Shown here piece by piece: positions 46,840 to 56,202 of a stretch of DNA of 64,000 nucleotides. The notes under the pieces were generated by a model that ran no database searches, was not told the origin of the DNA, and saw nothing but the letters and a program-made list of their open reading frames with translations. The stretch covers positions 3,013-67,012 of the forward strand of contig DBPP01000024.1 in assembly GCA_002305575.1 (NCBI GenBank), read 5' to 3'. Position 1 is the first letter of the stretch; every line of letters starts with the position of its first letter. The stretch is from Ruminococcaceae bacterium UBA1417 (GTDB taxonomy: Bacteria > Bacillota > Clostridia > Oscillospirales > Acutalibacteraceae). The position numbers were made by a program, and so were the translations under genes.

Positions 46840-47754
46840 ATGGAAAAATTTTCAAGCCGCACGTTCAAAATCCTGATTGTGGCGGTCGTCGTGCTGCTCG
46901 GCATCCTGATTTACAGCCCGAGCGCGGGAAGCTCGATCTTTGCGAACCTGTTCGGCACGGTATCTGCGCCGCTGCTCACGGCGGGTACGAGCATGACGGA
47001 GGGCGCGAAGGAGTTTGTCGATCTCGACGGCATGTCGCGGGAAGACCTGAAGGCGCTGTACCTCGAGCTTTCCGAGGAAAACCGGAAGCTGCGCGAGCAG
47101 CTGGTCGATTACTATGAGATGAAGGAGGAAAACGCCTCCTATGAGAATATCCTTTCGGTTAAAGACGCGATGCCGGATCTTTCCCTTACGGCCGCGAGCG
47201 TTGTCGGGCGCGACCCGGGCGACGTCTTCTATGATTTTACAATTGACCGTGGGTCGCTTTCCGGCATTTCGGTCGGCGACGCGGTGATTACCGAGATGGG
47301 TGTCGTCGGCGTTGTCGAGGAGGTCTATGCCACCTCGAGCCGCGTGCGCTCGATCCTTTCCGAGGAGACGCAGATTGGCGCCATCGCGAAGGAAACCGGT
47401 GAAAGCGGCGTCATCTCGAGCGATATCCAGTTTGCAAACAGCGGCAAGGTGCGCCTGAATTACCTGACGCGCGACACGCAGGTGCAGCCCGGCGCGATCA
47501 TCACCACTTCGGGCACCGGCGGAATGTTCCCGGGCGACCTTCTGATCGGCCGCGTGGACAGCGTCGAGCGCAGCAATACGGATTCGTCGTTTTACGCGAT
47601 CGTGACGCCGTACGTCGACGTGAAAACGGTGTCGGACGTCTTTGTCATCACGGACTTTGACGGCAAGGGCGACGTGCAGGCCAATCTGCCTGAGCCCTCG
47701 CCCTCTCCGGAGGCGGAGGACCCGGCGGCCACAGCGCAGAAGGGTGAGGCGTAA
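46840..47754 (+). CDS. mreC: Rod shape-determining protein MreC
   Basis: TM, coiled coil, then FTIDRGSLSGI, GVVGVV, ITTSGTGGMFPGDLLIGRV. Confidence 0.93.
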   Translation: MEKFSSRTFKILIVAVVVLLGILIYSPSAGSSIFANLFGTVSAPLLTAGTSMTEGAKEFVDLDGMSREDLKALYLELSEENRKLREQLVDYYEMKEENASYENILSVKDAMPDLSLTAASVVGRDPGDVFYDFTIDRGSLSGISVGDAVITEMGVVGVVEEVYATSSRVRSILSEETQIGAIAKETGESGVISSDIQFANSGKVRLNYLTRDTQVQPGAIITTSGTGGMFPGDLLIGRVDSVERSNTDSSFYAIVTPYVDVKTVSDVFVITDFDGKGDVQANLPEPSPSPEAEDPAATAQKGEA

Positions 47755-47796
47755 GGTGCTTTTGCGCGGCCGGAAAAGGCTGAGGAGGTGAACCGC

Positions 47797-48306
47797 ATGG
47801 CGGAACGGAAAAAGTGGATGCGTTGGGTGCTGTACGCGGTGCAGCTCCTGGTTTTGTTTGTATTGCAGGAGACGCCGGGGTTGCTGCCGTTTGTGATGGG
47901 CGCGAAACCCATGCTCATTTTGGCGGCGGCGCTCACCATCGCGATGGTGGAGGACTGCGTGCCGGCGATGGCATTCGGCATTTTCGCAGGCCTTCTGGCC
48001 GATTTCGGCGGCGGCAGCGCGATGGGGTACCATGCTTTGGTCTTCGGCGTGCTCTGCTTCCTGCTCAGCGGTCTGTGCGGCACGCGCATTCAGATCCACC
48101 TGTTTACGGCGATTCTGATGGGGCTGTGGAGCTGTGCGGTGGCCGTGCTGCTCGACTGGCTCGTGCTCTATGTGGCGCGCGGCTACAGCCTTGCGGCGTA
48201 TGCGCTGCTGAACGCATACCTGCCCATCTATTTTTACACGCTTCTGATGATTTTTCCGTGCTACGGGCTGCAATTTTTAAACCGACGCTTTTTGGGCAGG
48301 CGCTGA
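47797..48306 (+). CDS. mreD: Rod shape-determining protein MreD
   Basis: Small multi-TM protein after mreC; AFGIFAGLLAD; GAGGAGGTG SD. Confidence 0.8.
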   Translation: MAERKKWMRWVLYAVQLLVLFVLQETPGLLPFVMGAKPMLILAAALTIAMVEDCVPAMAFGIFAGLLADFGGGSAMGYHALVFGVLCFLLSGLCGTRIQIHLFTAILMGLWSCAVAVLLDWLVLYVARGYSLAAYALLNAYLPIYFYTLLMIFPCYGLQFLNRRFLGRR

Positions 48307-48366
48307 AAAAACGGAAAAAAACGGGAACACTAAACGGGTGTACACACCGGGAAAGGAGACGGCGAA

Positions 48367-50445
48367 ATGCTCAAAAAATGGGGTCGCTATTTGGTGTGCG
48401 GCGTGCTGGTGGCTGCGATTTTTCTCGTGTATATTGGCCGCCTCGGACAATGGCAACTGCTGGACGGCGCGACGTATGCGCAGGAAGCCGTGGTGTCGAG
48501 CAGCTTCATCAAGCTGACCGGCGTGCGCGGGGAAATCCTCGACCGCAACGGCGAGGTGCTGGCCGGAAACCGCCCGGTTTACAACATCGTGTACAGCCGT
48601 TTGACGGAGGACGAAACGCAGCGCAACGCGACGCTGCTTGCGTTGGTCAAGCTCTTGGAATCGGTGGGCGCATCGTGGAATGACCGCTTGCCCATTGTGC
48701 TCGACGCGCGCGGCGCGTACGCCTTTGATTCGGAGCGCCAGAGCGAAATTGAAACGTTGAAATCGGAGAGCATGCTCGATCTGCCCGCCGATGCAGACGC
48801 CACCGCGTGTATGGCGGCGCTCGTCGAGCGGTATGGGATCGACAATACGGCGGATAAGGCCGATGTGCGCCGGATCGCGTCGGTCCGCTACAATCTGGAG
48901 CGCAGCGCGTTCAGCCGCACAAATCCGTGTGTGATTGCGCGCGACGTCGCCATGGAAACGGTTGAGATTGTCAGTGAGCGCGCGGCCGATCTGCCCGGCG
49001 TCGAAACGCAGGTGGACCAGACGCGCACGTACGGCGACGGCACCACGGCGCCGCACGTCGTCGGTACGCTCGGCGCGATTTCCGAGGAGCAGTACGCGGC
49101 GGCCGCCGAAGCGGGCAACACGTATTCCTCCTCGAACGTGTCCGGCTATGCCTACACGGATACGGTGGGACAAAGCGGCATAGAATTGGTTTTCGAATCG
49201 ACGCTGCGCGGCAAAAACGGCAAGGAGACGATCGAGACGGATTCCACCGGCGCGGTCGTTTCCACCACGGTGACGGACCCGCCCGAAGCGGGCGATTCCG
49301 TGTGGTTGACGATCGACAGCCGCCTGCAGCGCGCGGCCAACACCTCGCTGGAGGCGTACATTTCGTCCGGATTGACGGAAGACTGCGTGGCGGGCGCGGC
49401 GGTCGCGCTCGATGTGAATTCCGGTGCGGTTCTGGCCTGCGTCTCTTACCCGACGTTTGACCTGAATCGCTACGCGACCGACGACGAATATCTGACGGAG
49501 CTTTACGCCGACGAGACACAGCCGCTTTTCAACCGCAGCCTGAACGGCATCTTTACGCCCGGTTCCTGCTTTAAGCCCCTTGTGGCGCTTGCGGCGCTTG
49601 AGGAAAATGTGATTGATCCCGAGGACACGCCCGTCGACTGCGACGGCGCGTACCATTATTATGCGCCGGATTACGAGCCGCGCTGTCTCGGCGAGCACGG
49701 CGAGGTCGATCTCACCGGCGCGCTCAGCCATTCCTGCAACAGCTATTTCTTCGATGTGGGCCGGATGCTGACCATCCACCGAATGAGCACTTACGCGGAG
49801 CTTTTTGCGCTGGGCGAGGCGACTGGCTGCGAGTTGCCGGAAAGTGTGGGCATCATGTCGGATCCCAAGGAATACACGGAGCGCCACGGCGCCACGTGGT
49901 ACGACGGCCTGACGATTCAGGCGGCGATTGGCCAGTGCGACGACATGTTCACGCCGATTGAGTTGGCGACGTATTGCGCGATGATTGCGAACGGCGGCGT
50001 CCGCTACAAGACGCATTTCCTGGAGAAAATTACGGATTACGACCGTGTGCTCACGCGGGAAACGGCTGAGCCGGAGATTGTGGAGAAAGTGGAAATTGAA
50101 CAGGCGCATTTTGACGCCGTGCGCGCGGGCATGCGCGCGGTTTGTACCGAGGGTACCGCGGCCTCCGTCTTTTCGGATTTCGGCATTGCGGTGGCGGGCA
50201 AAACGGGTACCGCCGAAAACGCCGGCCATTCCGACAACCTGACGTTTATCGGCTATGCGCCGTATGATAACCCTGAGATTGCGGTGGCCGTCGTCATCGA
50301 ATACGGCGGATCGGGAAATGCAGCCAAGGAAGTGGCCAAGTCTATTTTCGAGGCGTATTTCTACGGCGAAACGGAACCGGCCGACAACGACGGGGACAAG
50401 GGGCTTGCCGCGGCCGATACAGACGGGACGTCGGCCGAAGCTTGA
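48367..50445 (+). CDS. Class B penicillin-binding protein (PBP2/MrdA-like)
   Basis: RGEILDRNG, SxxK PGSCFK, SxN SCN, KTG AGKTGTAE; follows mreBCD. Confidence 0.94.
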   Translation: MLKKWGRYLVCGVLVAAIFLVYIGRLGQWQLLDGATYAQEAVVSSSFIKLTGVRGEILDRNGEVLAGNRPVYNIVYSRLTEDETQRNATLLALVKLLESVGASWNDRLPIVLDARGAYAFDSERQSEIETLKSESMLDLPADADATACMAALVERYGIDNTADKADVRRIASVRYNLERSAFSRTNPCVIARDVAMETVEIVSERAADLPGVETQVDQTRTYGDGTTAPHVVGTLGAISEEQYAAAAEAGNTYSSSNVSGYAYTDTVGQSGIELVFESTLRGKNGKETIETDSTGAVVSTTVTDPPEAGDSVWLTIDSRLQRAANTSLEAYISSGLTEDCVAGAAVALDVNSGAVLACVSYPTFDLNRYATDDEYLTELYADETQPLFNRSLNGIFTPGSCFKPLVALAALEENVIDPEDTPVDCDGAYHYYAPDYEPRCLGEHGEVDLTGALSHSCNSYFFDVGRMLTIHRMSTYAELFALGEATGCELPESVGIMSDPKEYTERHGATWYDGLTIQAAIGQCDDMFTPIELATYCAMIANGGVRYKTHFLEKITDYDRVLTRETAEPEIVEKVEIEQAHFDAVRAGMRAVCTEGTAASVFSDFGIAVAGKTGTAENAGHSDNLTFIGYAPYDNPEIAVAVVIEYGGSGNAAKEVAKSIFEAYFYGETEPADNDGDKGLAAADTDGTSAEA

Positions 50446-50529
50446 GGGGGATGCTTTGGATGCTTCGACAAAAAATGACCTTGATTTTTGTTCTGGTGTG
50501 CTAAAATTTCAGAAGCGCCATTTTTATTT

Positions 50530-50558
50530 TTGACTATTGTGTTTTTATATGCTATTAT
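50530..50558 (+). promoter_or_regulatory. Sigma-A promoter of minD
   Basis: TTGACT, 17 nt, extended TGcTATTAT. Confidence 0.7.
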
Positions 50559-50577
50559 ATTCAATGAGGTAATATCT

Positions 50578-51339
50578 ATGGGGACTGCTATCGTTGTCAC
50601 ATCCGGAAAAGGCGGTGTCGGGAAATCTACGGTTTCGCTCGGTTTGGCCGCGCGTTTTGCCGAAACCGGCGAACGCGTGCTGCTGATCGATTGCGACGCG
50701 GGCCTGCGCAGCCTCGACCGCATGACGGGCACGGAGGAAACGCTCGTGTTTGACAGTTCCGATGTGGTTGCCGGGCGGTGTGCGCCGGCAGAGGCCATTT
50801 ACCCCTGTGCGGCGATGCCCGGGGTATCTCTGCTGCCTGCCCCACAGAACGGGGAGGATCTTGTTCCAGCGCATGTGATGCGGCGGCTTGTGCCGATGCT
50901 CAAGCGATATTTTGACCGTGTGATTCTCGATTCACCGGCCGGCGTGGGGCGCGGGTTTCGTGCGGCTGCGGCTGCGGCGGACGGCGCGCTCATTGTGTGC
51001 AGTCCCGATCCCGTCTGCATACGCGACGCTTCGATCGTCCGCAGGCTTCTGCTGGAAATCGGCGTCGAGAAGCAGCGGCTGATCATCAACCGGTTTCAGA
51101 ACACGTATTTCCGGCGTATTGCAGCCGCAGAGGACGGTGCGGCGCACGGCGTTTGCCGCGATCTGGATGATGTGATCGACCAGAGCGGCGTCCGCCTGAT
51201 TGGCGTGGTGCCGGAGGACCCAAAACTCGCGGCGGCGTTTGCGCGCGGCCATCTGCCACCGGTGGATGCGCCGGGCTTTATGGCGCTTTCGCGTATTGCG
51301 GCGCGCGTCGGGGGCACACCCGTGCCGATCGGGATCTAA
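50578..51339 (+). CDS. minD: Septum site-determining ATPase MinD-like
   Basis: Deviant Walker A TSGKGGVGKS, DCDAGLRSLD, ILDSPAG; ATG 50578 with GAGGT SD; syntenic between pbp and mgsA. Confidence 0.8.
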   Translation: MGTAIVVTSGKGGVGKSTVSLGLAARFAETGERVLLIDCDAGLRSLDRMTGTEETLVFDSSDVVAGRCAPAEAIYPCAAMPGVSLLPAPQNGEDLVPAHVMRRLVPMLKRYFDRVILDSPAGVGRGFRAAAAAADGALIVCSPDPVCIRDASIVRRLLLEIGVEKQRLIINRFQNTYFRRIAAAEDGAAHGVCRDLDDVIDQSGVRLIGVVPEDPKLAAAFARGHLPPVDAPGFMALSRIAARVGGTPVPIGI

Positions 51340-51445
51340 AGCGGCGGTTTACTTCTTTTCATACATATTTGTTATAGATGGATGAGCAACATACGAAAAC
51401 GGCAGATTAGGCTTCGGATTCGGAAAATTAAGGGAGGAAATTTTT

Positions 51446-51847
51446 ATGAACATTGCACTGACCGCCCATGACGCGAAAAAAGAGCTGATGGTTCAGTTTT
51501 GTATCGCTTATTGTGGCATCCTGAGCCGCCACACGCTTTGTGCGACCGGTACGACCGGCAAGCTTGTTGCGGACGCTACGGGCCTCAACATACACCGCTT
51601 TTTGAGCGGCGAACAGGGCGGCGACCAGCAGATCGCGGCGCGCATCGCCTGCAATGAAATTGATCTTCTGCTCTTTTTCCGCGATTCCATGCAGGCGCAG
51701 ATGCCGGAACCCCCTTATGACAAGAATCTGTTGCGGCTGTGCGACGTGCACAACATCCCGGTTGCGACGAACATTGCCACGGCTGAAGTGTTGATCCACG
51801 GCCTCGAGCGCGGCGACCTCGACTGGCGCGAGATCGTCAAGCTGTAA
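51446..51847 (+). CDS. mgsA: Methylglyoxal synthase
   Basis: [43 protein letters not shown]. Confidence 0.95.
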   Translation: MNIALTAHDAKKELMVQFCIAYCGILSRHTLCATGTTGKLVADATGLNIHRFLSGEQGGDQQIAARIACNEIDLLLFFRDSMQAQMPEPPYDKNLLRLCDVHNIPVATNIATAEVLIHGLERGDLDWREIVKL

Positions 51848-51852
51848 ATCGG

Positions 51853-51881
51853 TTGACAACCGCATGAAAATGCGGTAGAGT
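51853..51881 (+). promoter_or_regulatory. Sigma-A promoter of hisS-aspS leader
   Basis: TTGACA, 17 nt, TAGAGT; an ACCGCAT/ATGCGGT hairpin lies in the spacer. Confidence 0.65.
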
Positions 51882-51887
51882 ATAGGC

Positions 51888-52144
51888 AATATCCGGCAAT
51901 GACCGGGAGAAGTACCTGTGCGGACGGCACGGACAGAGAGCGCGGCCCGGGCTGAAAGCCGCGCGTGCAGGGCATGGGGAAAGACACCCGCGAGCCACAC
52001 GAAAGTGCGTTTTCCGCGTTAAGGAGCTTTGAGGGAAAAGGGGGAAGTCTGCCCTTTTTTCGAAAAAGGGTGGCACCACGAAGGAAATTCGTCCCTTGTC
52101 GGCCGGGCAGGTCACATCTGCCGGCGGATAAGGGATTTTTATTT
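51888..52144 (+). ncRNA. T-box riboswitch (probably Asp-specific) with terminator
   Basis: Stem I with AGUA/GAA loop-E, AGAGA and GCUGA motifs; specifier region GAA-A-GAC-A (GAC 51983-85); T-box AAAAAGGGTGGCACCACG 52063-52080; antiterminator TTCGTCCCTT; terminator 52092-52144. Confidence 0.93.
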
Positions 52145-52183
52145 GCGCGCGGGTTCGCGCGTCAGAGTCAGAAAGGAATCGAT

Positions 52184-53473
52184 ATGGAATTGATCACAAA
52201 AGCGCCGAAAGGCACGAGAGACATTATCCCGGGCGAGTCCGAAAAATGGGCGTTCGTCGAAGACGTGATGGCCGGCGAGGCCGAGCTCAACGGCTTCTCC
52301 GAGATCCGCACGCCGGTGTTTGAGCACACCGAACTGTTTGAGCGCTCGGTCGGCGATACGACGGACGTCGTCGAAAAACAGATGTACACATTTACGGATA
52401 AGGGGGGCCGCTCGATCACGCTGCGCCCCGAGGGTACGGCCGGCGCGGTGCGCGCCATGCTCGAAAACGGCATGTACAACAACGGCTATCCGATCAAGAT
52501 GTACTACAAGACCTCCTGCTACCGCTACGAAAAGCCGCAGGCCGGCCGCATGCGCGAGCTGCACCAGTTCGGCGTCGAGATGTTCGGCGCGGCGGAACCG
52601 GCGGCGGACGCGCAGGTGATCCTGCTGGGCAAATCCATCTTCGAGCGTCTCGGCCTCGGCGACGATGTGACGGTCGCGATCAATTCGATCGGCTGCCCCA
52701 CATGCCGCGCCGAATACCACAAGGCGCTGAAAGCGTATTTTACGGCGCACAGGGATAAGCTCTGCGAGACCTGCAATTCGCGCCTGGAACGCAACCCGAT
52801 GCGCATTCTGGATTGTAAGAGTCCCGTCTGCGGCGAAATTGCGAAGGGCGCGCCGAAAATTCTCGACTACCTCTGCGACGACTGCCGCGCGCACTTTGAG
52901 AAGGTGCAGGCGCTGCTCACCGCTGTCGGCGTGGATTTTACAGTCGATCCCGGCATCGTCCGCGGCCTCGATTACTACACGCGCACGGTGTTTGAGTTTG
53001 TTTCCGAGCGCTTCGGTTACGCGCTCGGCGGCGGCGGCCGCTACGATGGGCTCGTCGAGGAAATCGGCGGCAAGCCGACCCCGGCGCTCGGCTTCGGCCT
53101 CGGCTTCGACCGCATCATGCTCGCGCTCGAGGAAGCGGGCGCCGAGTTCCCGGACGATGCGAAGTGTGAGCTCTATATTGCTTCCATGGGCGAAGCGGCG
53201 CAGCGAAAGGCCTTCACGCTGATCAACGACCTGCACCGCTGCGGCATCGCGGCGGACTGCGACCTGTGTGCCCGCGGGCTCAAGGCGCAGATGAAATATG
53301 CCGATAAAATCCGCGCGAAATACACGATTGTGCTCGGTGACAACGAGCTCGAGAGCGGCAAAGCCGAGCTGAAAAACATGAAGACCGGCGAGAAGAAGAA
53401 GCTCTCCATCGGCGAGGATTTTGTCGACGTTTACCTGACGGAAACCACCGCGCAGGAGGATCTGTCCTTCTGA
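52184..53473 (+). CDS. hisS: Histidine-tRNA ligase
   Basis: APKGTRD, LRPEGTA, YRYEKPQAGR, VRGLDYY, GGGRYDGL; ATG 52184. Confidence 0.97.
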   Translation: MELITKAPKGTRDIIPGESEKWAFVEDVMAGEAELNGFSEIRTPVFEHTELFERSVGDTTDVVEKQMYTFTDKGGRSITLRPEGTAGAVRAMLENGMYNNGYPIKMYYKTSCYRYEKPQAGRMRELHQFGVEMFGAAEPAADAQVILLGKSIFERLGLGDDVTVAINSIGCPTCRAEYHKALKAYFTAHRDKLCETCNSRLERNPMRILDCKSPVCGEIAKGAPKILDYLCDDCRAHFEKVQALLTAVGVDFTVDPGIVRGLDYYTRTVFEFVSERFGYALGGGGRYDGLVEEIGGKPTPALGFGLGFDRIMLALEEAGAEFPDDAKCELYIASMGEAAQRKAFTLINDLHRCGIAADCDLCARGLKAQMKYADKIRAKYTIVLGDNELESGKAELKNMKTGEKKKLSIGEDFVDVYLTETTAQEDLSF

Positions 53474-53540
53474 CGCGTCGCCACAGGCGGCCGATGGCCG
53501 CCGCGCTATCCCATACAGAAAACAGAAAGAGGAAAAACTT

Positions 53541-55325
53541 ATGGTTCAGTCCAGAACACATACCTGTGGAGAGCTGCGGCTCTCCGACGCGGGCAAGACG
53601 GTCACGCTTTCCGGCTGGATGGAAAACATCCGCGAAGTCGGCAGCCATTTTGCCTTTGTCGTGCTCCGCGATTTTTACGGTACGACCCAGGTCGTCATTG
53701 AAACCGAAGAGATGATGGCGATCGTCAAACCCCTCAACAAGGAATCGACCATTTCGGTCACGGGCGTCGTGCGTGAGCGCGAGAGCAAAAACCCGAAGCA
53801 GCCGACCGGCGACATCGAGGTCGCGCCGACTGAGATCAAGGTGCTCGGCCGCTGCCGCTACAACGAGCTGCCGTTTGAGATCAACCGCTCGCGCGAGGCC
53901 GATGAAAGCCAGCGCCTCAAGTACCGCTACCTCGACCTGCGCAATCCGGCTGTGAAGAAAAACATCCTGCTGCGCTGCAATGTTGTTTCCGCGCTGCGCC
54001 AGGCCATGACCGAGCACGGCTTCCTCGAGATCACGACGCCGATCCTCACGGCTTCTTCGCCGGAAGGCGCGCGCGATTACCTCGTTCCGGCCAGAAAGCA
54101 TCCCGGCAAGTTCTACGCGCTGCCGCAGGCGCCGCAGCAGTTCAAGCAGCTTCTGATGACGGCCGGTTTCGACCGCTATTTCCAGATCGCCCCGTGCTTC
54201 CGGGACGAGGACGCCCGCGGCGACCGTTCGCCCGGCGAATTCTACCAGCTCGATATGGAGATGGCGTTTGCCACGCAGGAGGACGTATTCGCCGTGCTCG
54301 AGGATGTGTTGCCGCCGATTTTTGCGAAATACGGCACGTACAACATCGCCTCCACCGCGCCGTTTACGCGCATCCCATACAAGCAGGCCATGGAGGAATT
54401 TGGCTCGGATAAGCCGGACCTGCGCATCGACCTGCGCGTGCAGGATGTCACGGACCTGCTGGCCGGCTGTGGATTCGGCCCGTTCGAGGGCAATGTCGTG
54501 AAGGCTGTGCCGGTCACAAACTGCAAGCTCGCGCGCAAGGCGGTCGATAAGCTCTGCGCGGATGTCGAGGTGCAGGCCGGCCAGAAGCCGTACTGGTTCA
54601 AGATGGACGAGTCCGGCGCGATTGCGGGCGGTATCGCAAAGTTTATCAACGCGAATCCGGAAACGGTCGCAGCCGTCACCGCGGCGCTTGGGCTGAAGCC
54701 GAACACGCTCGTCTTCCTTTCGGCCGGCAAGCTGACCGAAGCGCAGAAGACGGCCGGCGTGATGCGCCGGATGCTTGGCGCGGCCTGCGAGGGGCATATG
54801 GATAAGGAACGCTACGAATTCTGCTGGATCGTCGATTTCCCCATGTACGAGATCGGCGAGGAATCCGGCGAGCTCGAATTCTGCCACAACCCGTTCTCGA
54901 TGCCGTCTGGCGGTATGGAGACGCTGTTGAAGGCCGAGCGCGGCGAGATTGACCCGCTCGACATTCTGGCCGACCAGTACGACCTCGTCTGCAATGGCGT
55001 GGAGCTCTCCTCCGGCGCAGTGCGCAACCACGACCCGGAGATCATGGTCAAGGCTTTCGAAATGGTGCGCCTCGGCGAGGACGATGTGAAGGCGAAATTC
55101 CCGGCCATGTACAACGCGTTCTGCTACGGCGCGCCGCCGCATGCGGGCATCGCGCCTGGCGTGGACCGCATGGTTATGCTGCTTTCGGGCGAGGAATCCA
55201 TCCGCGAAGTCATTGCGTTCCCGATGAACAAGAGCGCGCAGGACGTTATGATGGACGCACCTTCTGCCGTTACGCAGGCGCAGCTTGACGAGCTGCACAT
55301 CGCGCTGGTCGAGCCCGAAGCGTGA
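53541..55325 (+). CDS. aspS: Aspartate-tRNA ligase
   Basis: RTHTCGELR, RYLDLR, SSPEGARDY, LPQAPQQFKQ, CFRDED, GSDKPDLR, GAPPHAG. Confidence 0.97.
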   Translation: MVQSRTHTCGELRLSDAGKTVTLSGWMENIREVGSHFAFVVLRDFYGTTQVVIETEEMMAIVKPLNKESTISVTGVVRERESKNPKQPTGDIEVAPTEIKVLGRCRYNELPFEINRSREADESQRLKYRYLDLRNPAVKKNILLRCNVVSALRQAMTEHGFLEITTPILTASSPEGARDYLVPARKHPGKFYALPQAPQQFKQLLMTAGFDRYFQIAPCFRDEDARGDRSPGEFYQLDMEMAFATQEDVFAVLEDVLPPIFAKYGTYNIASTAPFTRIPYKQAMEEFGSDKPDLRIDLRVQDVTDLLAGCGFGPFEGNVVKAVPVTNCKLARKAVDKLCADVEVQAGQKPYWFKMDESGAIAGGIAKFINANPETVAAVTAALGLKPNTLVFLSAGKLTEAQKTAGVMRRMLGAACEGHMDKERYEFCWIVDFPMYEIGEESGELEFCHNPFSMPSGGMETLLKAERGEIDPLDILADQYDLVCNGVELSSGAVRNHDPEIMVKAFEMVRLGEDDVKAKFPAMYNAFCYGAPPHAGIAPGVDRMVMLLSGEESIREVIAFPMNKSAQDVMMDAPSAVTQAQLDELHIALVEPEA

Positions 55326-55933
55326 TGGGATTTTCCGAAGACCAAAAGGTGTATGTGCGCGAGCGGTTCACGGATACGGACTTTACCGACAATGCGCTCA
55401 CCGGCTTCACTTTTACAAAATGCGATTTCCGCGGCGTCGTGTTTTCGGGCGCGCTGCTGGAGCGCTGCCGGTTTACGGCCTGCACGTTCGATTTTGCGCG
55501 GCTCAACGACACGCTCTGCCGCGGCACGGCATTTGAAAACTGCACGTTTGCGGCGGCGAGCCTGTTCGTCGCAGAATTCAAGGACTGCCGGTGCACGGGC
55601 TGCACGTTTGCGGGCGCAGATCTTACCGGCTGGACGGTGCGCGGCGGCGTGCTCGACTACTGCGTGCTGGACGGCTGCATGCTCCGCAAGCAGGATTTTT
55701 CCGGCGTGAGCCTTGTCGGCACGAATTTCAGCGACGCTGATCTCGAGAAGGCCGATCTGTCGGGCTGCAATCTGACCGAGGCTGTTTTCCGCAACGCCAA
55801 CCTCAAGGACGCCGACCTGCGCCGCGCGCAGTGGGACCGCACCGATATCCGGTACGTCAAATTGCAGAACACGGCGATCGATCTGGACGGCGCGGTATAT
55901 CTTGCGCACTGTCTCGGCGCCGTCGTGCGGTGA
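55322..55933 (+). CDS. Pentapeptide-repeat protein (MfpA/Qnr-like fold)
   Basis: Near-continuous repeats such as FTDTD FTDNA...FSDAD LEKAD LSGCN LTEAV FRNAN LKDAD LRRA; start overlaps aspS stop. Confidence 0.92.
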   Translation: MMGFSEDQKVYVRERFTDTDFTDNALTGFTFTKCDFRGVVFSGALLERCRFTACTFDFARLNDTLCRGTAFENCTFAAASLFVAEFKDCRCTGCTFAGADLTGWTVRGGVLDYCVLDGCMLRKQDFSGVSLVGTNFSDADLEKADLSGCNLTEAVFRNANLKDADLRRAQWDRTDIRYVKLQNTAIDLDGAVYLAHCLGAVVR

Positions 55934-55950
55934 TCCAAAAAAATATATGG

Positions 55951-56017
55951 CCTGCGGCAGCGCATTTGCCGCGGGCAGAAAGCCGCCGGATGCTTCGCAG
56001 CGTGCCGCGCGGCTTTT
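55951..56017 (+). terminator. Tandem hairpins ending the hisS-aspS-PRP operon
   Basis: CCTGCGGCA/TGCCGCGGG and AAAGCCGC/GCGGCTTT followed by T. Confidence 0.55.
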
Positions 56018-56052
56018 GTGCGTTTCGCTCAAATTCTGCCCTTCTGCCGAAT

Positions 56053-56099
56053 TATGTATATCTTGTATTTTTTATTTGAATAAACACTACATCTAGTGC
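56053..56099 (+). promoter_or_regulatory. Tandem NrdR boxes
   Basis: ACACTACATCTAGTG at 56084-56098 fits acaCwAtATaTwGtg; weaker copy tatgTATATCTTGTa starts 31 nt upstream (56053). Confidence 0.8.
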
Positions 56100-56107
56100 G
56101 CATCCTC

Positions 56108-56136
56108 TTGACAGCGGTGGCGAAATGGACTATAAT
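56108..56136 (+). promoter_or_regulatory. Consensus sigma-A promoter of nrdD
   Basis: TTGACA (56108-13), 17 nt, TATAAT (56131-36). Confidence 0.9.
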
Positions 56137-56202
56137 CAAAACTGCACGGATACGCGGCAATCGGCCGCGTGGAGGAAAACAGCAAGAAAGGATCACGGGA
56201 GA

